64,000 nt of DNA, taken from the NCBI GenBank assembly GCA_963805625.1, contig CAWDVE010000010.1:192001-256000 (forward strand). Direction: 5' to 3'. How positions within the stretch are numbered: the stretch's first letter is position 1; each line of letters opens with the position of its first letter. The DNA is from an uncultured Candidatus Rokubacteria bacterium. GTDB lineage: Bacteria; Methylomirabilota; Methylomirabilia; Rokubacteriales; DASRDR01. Made by a program: the position numbers and the translations under genes. This document shows positions 10,585 to 19,600 of this stretch, piece by piece. The notes under the pieces are model-generated. The model was not told where the DNA came from. It was given only the letters and a program-made list of their open reading frames with translations, and made no database searches.

Positions 10585-11526
10585 GTGAGCCATCCCTTCA
10601 GGCCGATCGACGGTTTCAAGTCGCCGCGCTTCTCGCAGATCGCGACCTTCATGCGGCTGCCGCACCATCGGGCGGCCGCCGATCTCGACGTGGCGCTCCT
10701 CGGCATCCCCTACGACGGCGGGACGTCGTACCGCGCCGGCGCGCGGTTCGGGCCGCGCGAGATCCGGAGCCAGTCGGCGATGATCCGCCCCTGGAACCCG
10801 GTCCTGAAGGTCTCGCCCTTCGAGGCGCTCAAGATCGCGGACTACGGCGACATCGACATCTCGCCGGTGTCGATCGAGCGCACGAACGAGATCGTCGAGC
10901 AGGAGATCGGCGGGATCCTCGCCGCCGGCTGCATTCCGGTGTCGGTCGGGGGGGACCATTCGATCGCGCTGCCGATCCTCCGCGCGCTCGCCCGCCGGCA
11001 CGGACCGGTGGCGCTGGTCCACTTCGACTCCCATCCCGACACCTGGGACCAGTACTTCGGCTCGCGATACTTCCACGGGACGATGTTCCGCCGGGCGGTG
11101 GAGGAGGGGCTCATCGACTCCCGCCGCACGTTTCAGATCGCGATCCGGGGGCCGCTCTACGGCGCCGACGACTTCGACTTCCAGGCCGAGCACGGGATGA
11201 CCGTGGTCCGCGTCGAGGCGATCAAGGCCCGGGGGGTCGACTGGGTCGTCGAGCAGTATGCGAAGCTCCGCGGGGCGAAGGTGTACGTGTCCTTCGACAT
11301 CGACGCGGTCGATCCGGCGTTCGCCCCCGGCACCGGAACGCCGGAGGTGGGGGGACTGACCTCGTACGAAGCGCTCGCGCTGGTCCGGGGGCTCCGCGGC
11401 CTCGACTTCGTGGGGTTCGACCTCGTCGAGGTGGCGCCCCAGTACGATGGCCCCGGCCAGATCACCGCCCTCCTCGCGGCGAACCTCCTCTTCGAGTTCA
11501 TCTCGCTCGTCGCGCTCAGCCGGTGA
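10585..11526 (+). CDS. speB: agmatinase / guanidino-acid hydrolase
   Basis: Canonical GGDHS, DSHPD, FHGT and SFDIDAVDPAFAPGTGTPE motifs. Confidence 0.85.
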   Translation: MSHPFRPIDGFKSPRFSQIATFMRLPHHRAAADLDVALLGIPYDGGTSYRAGARFGPREIRSQSAMIRPWNPVLKVSPFEALKIADYGDIDISPVSIERTNEIVEQEIGGILAAGCIPVSVGGDHSIALPILRALARRHGPVALVHFDSHPDTWDQYFGSRYFHGTMFRRAVEEGLIDSRRTFQIAIRGPLYGADDFDFQAEHGMTVVRVEAIKARGVDWVVEQYAKLRGAKVYVSFDIDAVDPAFAPGTGTPEVGGLTSYEALALVRGLRGLDFVGFDLVEVAPQYDGPGQITALLAANLLFEFISLVALSR

Positions 11527-11630
11527 GCCAAAGGCCGCCACAGGCCGAAGGCCGTCCCAAGAACGCCGTCCCATGAAGGCTGTCCGATCGACGCCGCCCG
11601 TAAGGTAACCGGGCGAGCGAGGAGAGACCC

Positions 11631-12050
11631 ATGCGAATCGACACCGGCAGCGAGTTCGGCGCCCGGGCCTCCCGCCGCCTGAAGGACGAGCTGATCTACT
11701 GGCTCGTGACGGTCGCGCCCGACGCCACGCCCCAGCCGAGCCCCGTCTGGGCACTCTGGGATGGCGAGACGTTCCTGATCTACAGCCGGCCGGACACGCC
11801 GAAGCTCCGCAACATCGCCAGCCGGCCCCGGGTCGCGCTCCATCTCGACGGCGACGGCCGAGGCGGCGACATCGTGAGCGTCACCGGGGATGCCCGCATC
11901 GCCCCCGACGCGCCGCCCGCCGACCGGGTTCCAGAGTACATCGCCAAGTACCGCGAGGGCCTGCGGCGGATCGGCATGACCGCGGAATCGTTCGCCCGCG
12001 CCTACTCCGTCGCCGTCCGGGTCACTCCGAGGAGCCTCCGAGGCCACTGA
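11631..12050 (+). CDS. PPOX-class probable F420-dependent oxidoreductase (Rv3369-like)
   Basis: WLVTV..D.TPQPSPVW, KLRNI...PRVALH and KYR. GGAG RBS. Confidence 0.8.
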   Translation: MRIDTGSEFGARASRRLKDELIYWLVTVAPDATPQPSPVWALWDGETFLIYSRPDTPKLRNIASRPRVALHLDGDGRGGDIVSVTGDARIAPDAPPADRVPEYIAKYREGLRRIGMTAESFARAYSVAVRVTPRSLRGH

Positions 12051-12107
12051 GGCGAGAGCGGAGGCGGCCGCCCGGGCGGCCGATTGCCCTTCGCGCGCGG
12101 CGTGACT

Positions 12108-12136
12108 TTGACAATCCCCGTCGCGGCCGGTAGCCT
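12108..12136 (+). promoter_or_regulatory. sigma70 promoter, probably leaderless, at the left edge of the metal island
   Basis: TTGACA, 17 nt, TAGCCT, 7 nt, ATG 12144. Confidence 0.7.
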
Positions 12137-12143
12137 CAGGGGC

Positions 12144-12497
12144 ATGGCGCCGTCGTCACCGGGCCACCAGTTGATGAGCCGGTTGGTCGTGCTGTTTGCC
12201 ATTGGGACGCTGCTCGGGCACGTGTGCGCGCCGGAGCCGGGTCATCATCACCTGGCCGACGCTTCGCCATTCATCGGCTCCACCGGCCCCGATTCCGGCG
12301 GACCCGTGGCGATCGCCGAGGCCTCTTGTGAGAGCCTGAAGTCGGCGTCCGCCTGGCCCGTCATGCGGGCCATCGACAGTCGGCCGCTCCCCGTCCCTGG
12401 CCTTGACGTACGTGGTTCGGCGAGGGCAGGCCGGGACGCGGATGTTCGGGTACCACGTCTCCCGCTCTTCGTGCTGCACGCCGCGCTTCTGATTTAG
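12144..12497 (+). CDS. small secreted/membrane Cys-His protein, possible metal-responsive leader
   Basis: Hydrophobic N-terminus, HVC..HHH, a second Cys, and C-terminal RVPRLPLFVLHAALLI. Confidence 0.6.
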   Translation: MAPSSPGHQLMSRLVVLFAIGTLLGHVCAPEPGHHHLADASPFIGSTGPDSGGPVAIAEASCESLKSASAWPVMRAIDSRPLPVPGLDVRGSARAGRDADVRVPRLPLFVLHAALLI

Positions 12498-12594
12498 CCT
12501 GGCCGTTCGCTCGCCTCTCCACGGTCACGGGGTCCGGACGCCCGTCCAGAGCCGGGTTCGTCACCGTCACGACCCACTAGAGTGAGCATGGTCA

Positions 12595-13101
12595 ATGTCC
12601 AGGAACGGCATGGTTGCGGGGGCTGTCGTCATCGTCCTCCTGGTGGCCTGGTTCGTCCGGTTCGGCGGGGCCCAGGTCCCGGGCCGGGACACAGGCCAAG
12701 GCGATCACCGGACACCAGCGGGCTGGCGTTTCACCTGGCCCGCGGGGGATCCGGTACGGGGACGGGGCGTCTTCGCGAAGTATGAGTGCTTCAGCTGCCA
12801 CGAGGTCCGTGGGGAGCCGTTTGCGGTCCCCCAGGACGCCGGGAATATCGGACCGGAGCTGGCGGCGATGGGACCCGCGCACGAGGCGGAGTACTTCGTC
12901 GAGGCGATCATCAATCCGAATGCCGTGGTCGAGCCGGGAAAGGGCTACGAGGCGGCGGACGGCTCCTCGAAGATGCCGTCGTTCAACGATACGCTGACCG
13001 TCCAGGAGTTGCTCGATCTGGTCGCGTATCTCAAGGTGCTGCGGCCCCCGCCTGCGCCACCCGGGGCGGCCGGTGGGCAGGGCGGCCATGCGACCCATTG
13101 A
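12595..13101 (+). CDS. monoheme c-type cytochrome, membrane-anchored
   Basis: N-terminal TM, CFSCH, GPEL, IINP and KMP (axial Met). Confidence 0.88.
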   Translation: MSRNGMVAGAVVIVLLVAWFVRFGGAQVPGRDTGQGDHRTPAGWRFTWPAGDPVRGRGVFAKYECFSCHEVRGEPFAVPQDAGNIGPELAAMGPAHEAEYFVEAIINPNAVVEPGKGYEAADGSSKMPSFNDTLTVQELLDLVAYLKVLRPPPAPPGAAGGQGGHATH

Positions 13102-13275
13102 GCACCTGCCGCGGGGCTGCCACCCTGGATCGACCGATGGCGCCGCGACCTGGGGCATCGCTGCCTCAGTTGGTGAGCGCGTGACGCAACGGCCGAAGGC
13201 CCTGCCAGCTCCTCACGATGCTGGCCGCCATCCTTGGTGTCGTGTTCTCGCGGACTTGCGCCGAGGTCAGGGAGT

Positions 13276-13290
13276 TGGCGCGGGAGTTGC
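13276..13290 (+). promoter_or_regulatory. sigma54 (-24/-12) promoter
   Basis: TGGCGC-GGGAG-TTGC with exact spacing, upstream of ORF 13314. Confidence 0.65.
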
Positions 13291-13313
13291 CCGCCTGTTA
13301 ATCGTGAGGGGCT

Positions 13314-13562
13314 GTGATGCCTAGGGGTATGCTCGGCCGAGTCCTGGTGCTGGTCGCCGTGGCGTTGTTCGCGGGAGCTAGTCTCTGCGTCCTGGACGCC
13401 GACGACGGGACCGGGCTGGACCTCTGTGGCGTGGCGCTGCTGCCGGTCGCTGTCATCGTCCTCGGAGCGCCGCAGCCGCTCGTCGGTCGGCTGGTGCCGG
13501 TCCAGATCCCGATTCGTCTCGCCGTTCCCCTGGAGCGCCCCGTCCCTCCTCCCCGAGCCTAG
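13314..13562 (+). CDS. small leader-type protein (TM, two Cys, C-terminal PPPR), CutF/CruR/DUF2946-like by architecture
   Basis: LCVLDADDGTGLDLC...ERPVPPPRA. Paralogous to 16227..16490. Confidence 0.65.
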   Translation: MMPRGMLGRVLVLVAVALFAGASLCVLDADDGTGLDLCGVALLPVAVIVLGAPQPLVGRLVPVQIPIRLAVPLERPVPPPRA

Positions 13563-13646
13563 CTCGTCCCAAACGCCCTGGTGTGGACCCCCGCCCCGAT
13601 ATGGGCGGGGGGGCCCTGAAACTCGAGCAGAGAGGGGAGTCTCTCC

Positions 13647-14042
13647 ATGCGTGCATGGCTTTGTGTCGGGCTGCTGGTCGCCGCCCTCGGCAGTGCCCGC
13701 GGCGTGAGCGCCCAGGACGCGCTGACCCGACGGGACGGGCAGGGCGCGGTGACGGTTGCCGTCACGCTCGCCGGGCCGCCGGAGGTCGGCGTGCCGATCC
13801 GCGTCACGATCGTCCTCGATACCCATACCGTGTCGCTGGATGACGTCGTGTTCGAACGCGCGGTGGCCCTTCGGATGCCCGAGGGCGCCGAGGTCGTGCC
13901 CACCAAGGTGGAGGGGTCGAGGGGCAGCGGCCACCACCGCGAAGCGGTCGTCGTGTTTCCCCCGGTCACCCAGCGAGGGCCGGTGCGCGTTGTCGTGAGG
14001 AACGTCGGTGGCATCGGCGAGCGCGTCTTCGTGTGGGAGTAG
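13647..14042 (+). CDS. secreted hypothetical protein with DTH and GHHRE motifs (probable metal binding)
   Basis: Signal peptide, LDTHTVSLD and GSGHHREA. The RBS sits in a small hairpin loop. Confidence 0.75.
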   Translation: MRAWLCVGLLVAALGSARGVSAQDALTRRDGQGAVTVAVTLAGPPEVGVPIRVTIVLDTHTVSLDDVVFERAVALRMPEGAEVVPTKVEGSRGSGHHREAVVVFPPVTQRGPVRVVVRNVGGIGERVFVWE

Positions 14043-14081
14043 CCGGCAGTGCAGTGAACTCCGACAGGAGAGAGGTCCGAG

Positions 14082-14234
14082 ATGGCCAAGGATCCCGTGT
14101 GTGGGATGACCGTGGACGAGAAGAAGGCGGCGGCGAAGGCGAGCTACCAGGGCCAGACGTACTACTTCTGCTCGGCCGGATGCAAGGTGACCTTCGAGAA
14201 GGCGCCAGCGCAGTACGCGACCGGCCAACGATAA
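14082..14234 (+). CDS. YHS-domain protein (50 aa, missing from the ORF track)
   Basis: Manual translation MAKDPVCGMTVDEKKAAAKASYQGQTYYFCSAGCKVTFEKAPAQYATGQR. GAGG RBS. Confidence 0.9.
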   Translation: MAKDPVCGMTVDEKKAAAKASYQGQTYYFCSAGCKVTFEKAPAQYATGQR

Positions 14235-14302
14235 GTCACGCCTGTGCTCAGACGCGTCGCGCGCTCGTCACACTCTTCACCCTAGCCCGCGAGAGGTGAA
14301 CC

Positions 14303-14683
14303 ATGAAGACGATTCTGACGATTCTCCTGACCGTTGCGCTCGGAACATTCGCGATCGTGCATGCGCAGCAGGCGCCATCGCCCGGGGCGGGCCCAATGGG
14401 ACCCGGCATGATGGCCGGCATGCACCAGCAGATGATGGGCCTGATGCAGCAGATGGGCGGGATGATGCAGCAAATGGGCGAGATGATGGCCAGTGGTCAG
14501 ATGTCGCCCGAGCGGATGAAGCAGATGGGGGACGCGATGAAGCAGATGGGCAGTCTGATGGGCGGCATGGGCGCGCGGGGCGGGTCGATGGGCCCGATGG
14601 CCATGCCCGAGATGTCGAGGATGATGGAGCACATGGCCGAGATGCAGAAGCGCATGTCGGACATGATGGGCGCGCCGAAGTGA
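14303..14683 (+). CDS. periplasmic methionine-rich protein (about 25% Met), probable Cu(I)/Ag(I) binder
   Basis: Signal peptide followed by about 30 Met in MQQM/MM helical repeats. GAGGTG RBS. Confidence 0.8.
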   Translation: MKTILTILLTVALGTFAIVHAQQAPSPGAGPMGPGMMAGMHQQMMGLMQQMGGMMQQMGEMMASGQMSPERMKQMGDAMKQMGSLMGGMGARGGSMGPMAMPEMSRMMEHMAEMQKRMSDMMGAPK

Positions 14684-14708
14684 CGCCCAGTCGTAGAGGA
14701 GGAAGACG

Positions 14709-14969
14709 ATGCACCCGCTCAGCTTGAAAGTCATGACGTGGTCGTGGGGGCTCTTCGGGGCGGTGACCTTCGTGGCGTGCGTGGGGTACGGCCTGGTGGT
14801 CCCACGCGCCTTCCACGCGGGCCAGCTCCTCGAGCAGATCCTCCCGGGTTTTCGATGGCTGACCCCGGGGAGCGTCCTGCTCGGAGTCGGGGAGACCTTT
14901 ATGTATGGGGCCTACGCGGGGTTCGTGTTCACCCTGATCCACAACACCGTGCTCCGCCGGAGCCAATGA
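14709..14969 (+). CDS. small membrane protein (DUF5676-like), copy 1
   Basis: FVACV, LPGFRWLTPGS and IHN motifs. GGAGG RBS. Confidence 0.75.
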   Translation: MHPLSLKVMTWSWGLFGAVTFVACVGYGLVVPRAFHAGQLLEQILPGFRWLTPGSVLLGVGETFMYGAYAGFVFTLIHNTVLRRSQ

Positions 14970-15236
14970 CAGGTCGATGGTGAGGTTCTTGTCGCCACCG
15001 GGCTCGGAAGGCTGCTGGCGGGCATGATCGGCGCCTGGGCCAAGGTGGTCCTCGGCACGGACTCGGCGGCGCTGGACAGCGGGGCAGTCGAGCAAGCGGT
15101 CGCCATCCAGATGAGAGCCGAGGTATTGTGGATCGCGGTCGAGCAAGCTCGCGACACTGGCCATCATCACGAGGCTGTGCTGGTCTTCTCGTCCTCGCCG
15201 CAGTCGTGCAGCGTGCCAGAGCCACGCGAGCGGTGA
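14966..15236 (+). pseudogene. degenerate remnants: 5' end of a cytochrome c gene (cf. 23402) fused to a fragment of a GHHxE protein (cf. 13647)
   Basis: atgacaggtcgatggtga matches atgacgggtcgacggaag at 23402 but stops early. It is followed by ...AVEQARDTGHHHEAVLVF, similar to KVEGSRGSGHHREAVVVF. Confidence 0.6.
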
Positions 15237-15244
15237 CCCGCGCC

Positions 15245-16084
15245 ATGCATGGGGCCGCGGCGATCCAGGATGATCATGGTGTCCTGGTCAGGGCTGTGAT
15301 GCTTGCGTGCCTGCTTGTGACCGGCTCCGTCATGGCACAGTCGGCCGCGCCGGTGCCGCACATCCCCGGCATGGCCATGCCCGCGGCCGAGCCAACGCCG
15401 CCACCCTTTTATCGTGAATGGACGTTTCACGTCCTCATCGGCCTCATCGCCGCGACGGCGGGGGTCCTCGCCCACCGCGCCTGGTCGCGACGGCGTTGGC
15501 GGCGTGCGCCGGCGGGCGTGGTGCAGGAGGCTGTACTCGTGGTGGACCTCGTGGCGTCGACGCAGCTCGCGACCCATCACGGCGGCAGCCTGGCGATGCG
15601 CGCCCGCAATGCGCTGGAGGAGCGCACTGTTCTGGCAGCGAGGCGGCAGGGAGTCGCCTTCGTCGAGAACACGGGGGACGGGTGCATGATGACATTCCCC
15701 TCGGTGGCTGCGGCCGTGCAAGCCGCCGTGGTGCTCCTGCGGGACCTACGAGACCGTCCGCCCGACCTGGCGCCCGGCCCCCCCCTCGACGTCCGCGTCG
15801 GCGTGGCCTACGGGGAGATCCTCCTCGACTCGCGCGGGGGGCGCCACGGCGCCGCGATCAACAAAGCCTTCCGGCTGATGGGCGTGCCGAGCGACACCTT
15901 CGTGACCGTCGAGGGGGAGGAGCGCCTTAAGGAGATCCCCGACCGGAATCGGATATTTTTGGACGAGGAAGCGGCCACCGAGTCGGCGTCGGGAAACGTC
16001 GCGCTCCGTCAGGTTGGCATCTGTCGACTCAAGGGATTCACCGGTTTCCACCGGGTGTACGAGATGCCCTGGAACGGGACATGA
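15245..16084 (+). CDS. membrane-anchored class III nucleotidyl (adenylate/guanylate) cyclase; start uncertain (15245 or 15299)
   Basis: VLVVDLVAST, VENTGDG, VRVGVAYGE, GAAINKAFRL and CRLKG. The N-terminus has a signal-like segment, HIPGMAMP and one TM. Confidence 0.85.
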   Translation: MHGAAAIQDDHGVLVRAVMLACLLVTGSVMAQSAAPVPHIPGMAMPAAEPTPPPFYREWTFHVLIGLIAATAGVLAHRAWSRRRWRRAPAGVVQEAVLVVDLVASTQLATHHGGSLAMRARNALEERTVLAARRQGVAFVENTGDGCMMTFPSVAAAVQAAVVLLRDLRDRPPDLAPGPPLDVRVGVAYGEILLDSRGGRHGAAINKAFRLMGVPSDTFVTVEGEERLKEIPDRNRIFLDEEAATESASGNVALRQVGICRLKGFTGFHRVYEMPWNGT

Positions 16085-16195
16085 GGAGGCTGCGTGGACC
16101 ATCGGGCTGGGGCGAACGTGGGACACCTGGGTTGGACGCGTCCCGGATCGCGGAGCCGGTGTTCACGGACGCCTGGGGAAATGCGGTGTTACTGA

Positions 16196-16210
16196 TGGCA
16201 GGGGGGTTGC
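16196..16210 (+). promoter_or_regulatory. sigma54 (-24/-12) promoter
   Basis: TGGCAG-GGGGG-TTGC with exact spacing, upstream of the leader ORF and RND operon. Confidence 0.7.
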
Positions 16211-16226
16211 AAGAATAGAGGATGCC

Positions 16227-16490
16227 ATGAGACACGTGGCGGACGGCGCGACCCTTGTGAAGACCGTGGCGTTCGTCGTGCTCGTGCTCGGGCTCCTGTG
16301 CCTCGTCCACGGGGTCGACCACGACGAGTTCGGCGGTAGTTTTTGCGCGGGGACGGTCCTGCTCTCCCTCGTCGTGGCGCTGGACGCGGACCCGCGGCTC
16401 AGTCGCCGCTTCCGGCCTGCGCCGGCATTCGCCCTGTACACCACCCTCCTAGAGCTTCCCGATCTCCCTCCCAGGATTCGTCCAGCCTAG
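16227..16490 (+). CDS. small leader-type protein (TM, two Cys, C-terminal PPR), paralog of 13314
   Basis: LCLVHGVDHDEFGGSFC...ELPDLPPRIRPA. Confidence 0.62.
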   Translation: MRHVADGATLVKTVAFVVLVLGLLCLVHGVDHDEFGGSFCAGTVLLSLVVALDADPRLSRRFRPAPAFALYTTLLELPDLPPRIRPA

Positions 16491-16616
16491 TTCCTCGCGG
16501 TAGCGGCTTCGAGACACGCGGCTGGCCGGAGGGCGGTTGGCCGCAGAGCGGCGAGGGTTGGGTACTCGGTCCCGAGGAGTGATGCGCTGCCCCGGGCCCG
16601 ATGCCGGAGGGCGTGG

Positions 16617-19600
16617 GTGAACCAGACCGAGCGGACACCGGCCGAGGGGCCATCCCCCTCGGGGCGCGGCAACATCAGCCGCTGGTCGATCGAGCACCCG
16701 TACGTCGTCATTGCCTTCTACCTGGGCGTGGCGCTGCTCGCCGTCCTCGTCATCTTCTTCCAGATGCCGCGACGCATGATGCCCTACGTCGAGAGCCCCC
16801 TCGTGGGTGTCGTCTCGATGATGCCCGGGCTGTCCGCGGAGGAGATGGAGCTCTACTTCTCGAAGCCGATCGAGGAGCGGATGGTGGACCTGAAGAACGT
16901 CCACTTCGTCCGGTCAACCTCGCAGGAGGGCTTCTCGATCGTGACGGTGGAGTTCTGGTACGGCACCGACATGAAGAAGGCGCTGTTCGACATCCAGGCG
17001 CTGATGAACGTCGTGCAGGCGGACCTGCCCATGACCGGGGCGAACCTCAAGCCGTCTTGGGTGCTGGCGATCGACCCCCTGAACATTCCAGTCTTGACGC
17101 TCGCGGTGACCGCCGAACGGTACGATCCCGTCCAGCTCCGGACGCTCGTCGAGAACGAGGTGGTCAATCGGCTGAAGGTGGTCAAGGACGTTTACTCGGT
17201 GGTGACGTTCGGGGGACAGAAGCTTCAGATGCAAGTGGTGGTCGACCGGGAGCGCCTAGCCGCGTACAAAATGAGCCTCCTCGACCTGAAGAGCATGCTG
17301 GACATGCAGAACGTCTCCAAGCCAGCGGGGACGCTGACCTACCGGGACCGCGAGATCCTCGTGCGGAGCGACTTCCGGGCCCGGACTCCGGAGGAGGTGG
17401 CCGCCTACCCCATCGCCAGCATGGAGGGCCGTACCGTCTACCTCCGGGACGTGGCCGACGTGATCCGGACGCCACGGGAACAGCGGAGCCTCTATCGCTT
17501 CAACGGCCAGGAGGCGATCGAGGTCTCGGTCATCCAGCAGCCGGAGGCGAGCTCGGTGCGAGTGATCGAGGGGGTCAAGGCCAAGCTGAAGGAGATCGAG
17601 GAGGATTTCCCGGGGCTCCGGTTCGAGATCGCCTACGACAACTCGACGTTCGTCGGCTCCCTCATGACCAACATGGGCGAGGAGCTCGTGATCGCGGTCC
17701 TGCTCACCGGGCTGGTCGTGCTCTTCTTCCTCGGGAGCATCCGAGGCACCCTCATCTCGCTCATCACGATCCCGGTTTCGCTCGGGATGGCGCTCCTCGC
17801 CATGTCGCCCTTCGGGATGACGCTGAACAGCTCCACGCTGATCGGTCTGCTGCTTTCGATCGGCCGGCTGGTCGACGATTCCATCATCGACATCCACTCG
17901 ATCGAGCGTCATCTGCGGATGGGCAAGTCGCCGAAGCAGGCCGCGATCGACGGGATCACGGAGGTGCGCCTCGCCGTGCTCGCGATCACGTTCATGCTCT
18001 GCGTGGCGCTCGTCCCCCTGGCATTCGCGGGGGGGATCGTCCAGTTCATGTTCGAGGGGATCGTGTGGGCAATCATCCTCGCGCTGCTCGCGTCCGCGCT
18101 AGTCTCCTTCACGCTCACGGCGTTGCTGGCCGCGCACCTCTTCACGCCTCACACCACCGAGGCCGGCGCACGTCAGGGCCGGTTCCAGCGGTGGCTCCTG
18201 GACCCCTCGCAACGATTCCTCGAGCGGCTGGAAGCTCACTACCGCAACAGCCTGGTCTGGTCCATCCGGAATCGATTCGTGGTCCTGAGCGGAGCGATCT
18301 CGGTGATCCTGGTTGGCGTCGCCCTGTACCCGGGGATCGGCAGCGAGATGATGCCGCTCGCCGACGTGTCACAGGCCTTCGTCCAGCTCGAGGCGACGCC
18401 GGGCACCTCCTTCGCCCGCACGGCCGAGATCGCCGCCGAGGTGGAGCGGATCCTCCAGCGCCAGCCGGAAGTCACGAAGATCTCCTCGGAGGTCGGGTTC
18501 GAGCCGGGGGGGACGTACTTCACCGGCTACAGCATGGGCTCGGTGAACTCGGTCTTCATGATGCTCACGCTCGTGGACTCCTCGAAGCGGACGCGGGACA
18601 TCTGGCAGGTCATGGACGGAGTCCGCGATGAGGCCATGCGAACAATCCCTGGGATCCGACGGCTCACCGTCAAGGAAATGGGAGCGGACGTGATGGCCTC
18701 AAGCGCCGCCCCTGTCCAGGTGATCTTCTTCGGCCCGGATCTCGAGAAGCTTCACGAGATCGGAGAGCAGGCGCGGCAGCTCGCCGCGGAGATTCCGGGG
18801 TTCTCTCAGGTTGCGACGTCCTGGGCCCAGACCCTCCCCCAGCTCCACGTGATCGTGGATCGGGTTCGCGCGCAGGAGCTCGGGCTCACGGTCGCCGACA
18901 TCACCGACCAGGCCTACTACGCGCTCAGGGGGGGCCTCGCGAACGAGTTCTACCGATTGGACAACCAGCGGCAGTTCACGATTCTCCTTCGCTACCGCGG
19001 GGAGCAGCGGCGCGACCGGACCGATCTCGAGCAGGTCAAGATCGTCGGCAAGCGGGGCGAGGTCGTGCCACTCGCGTCAGTGGCCCGGATCGAGGAGCGA
19101 GAAGGTCCGACGCTGATCGAGCGCGACAACTTCCGCCGGGTCATCTCCGTGCTCGGCTTCTACCGGAAGGGGGGGCCGCCGAGCATGGAGCTCGCGATGG
19201 ACCTCCTGATGGCCGCGCACCAGAAGATCAGCTTCCCCCCGGGCTACGGGGTGGAGTTACGGGGCGACATGACACAGATGGAGGAGTCGTTCCAGCGGCT
19301 CCTCCGGGGCCTCTACCTGGCGGTCATCTTCATGGTCCTGCTCCTGGTGGCACAGTTCCGGAGTCTGATCGAGCCGTTCAACATGATCGTATCGCTCTCC
19401 CTGATGCTCACCGGGATCCTGGGCGGGCTGCTCCTGGCCCGGCAGACGTTCTCGACCGTTTCGATCCTGGCCGTCGTGATCCTGACGGGGATGATGATGA
19501 CCGTCGCCGTGTTGATGATCGACCTGGTGCTGCGGCTGCGCGGGGACGGGATGGCGCGGGACGAAGCCATCCTGACGGCCGCACCCATCCGCCTGCGACC

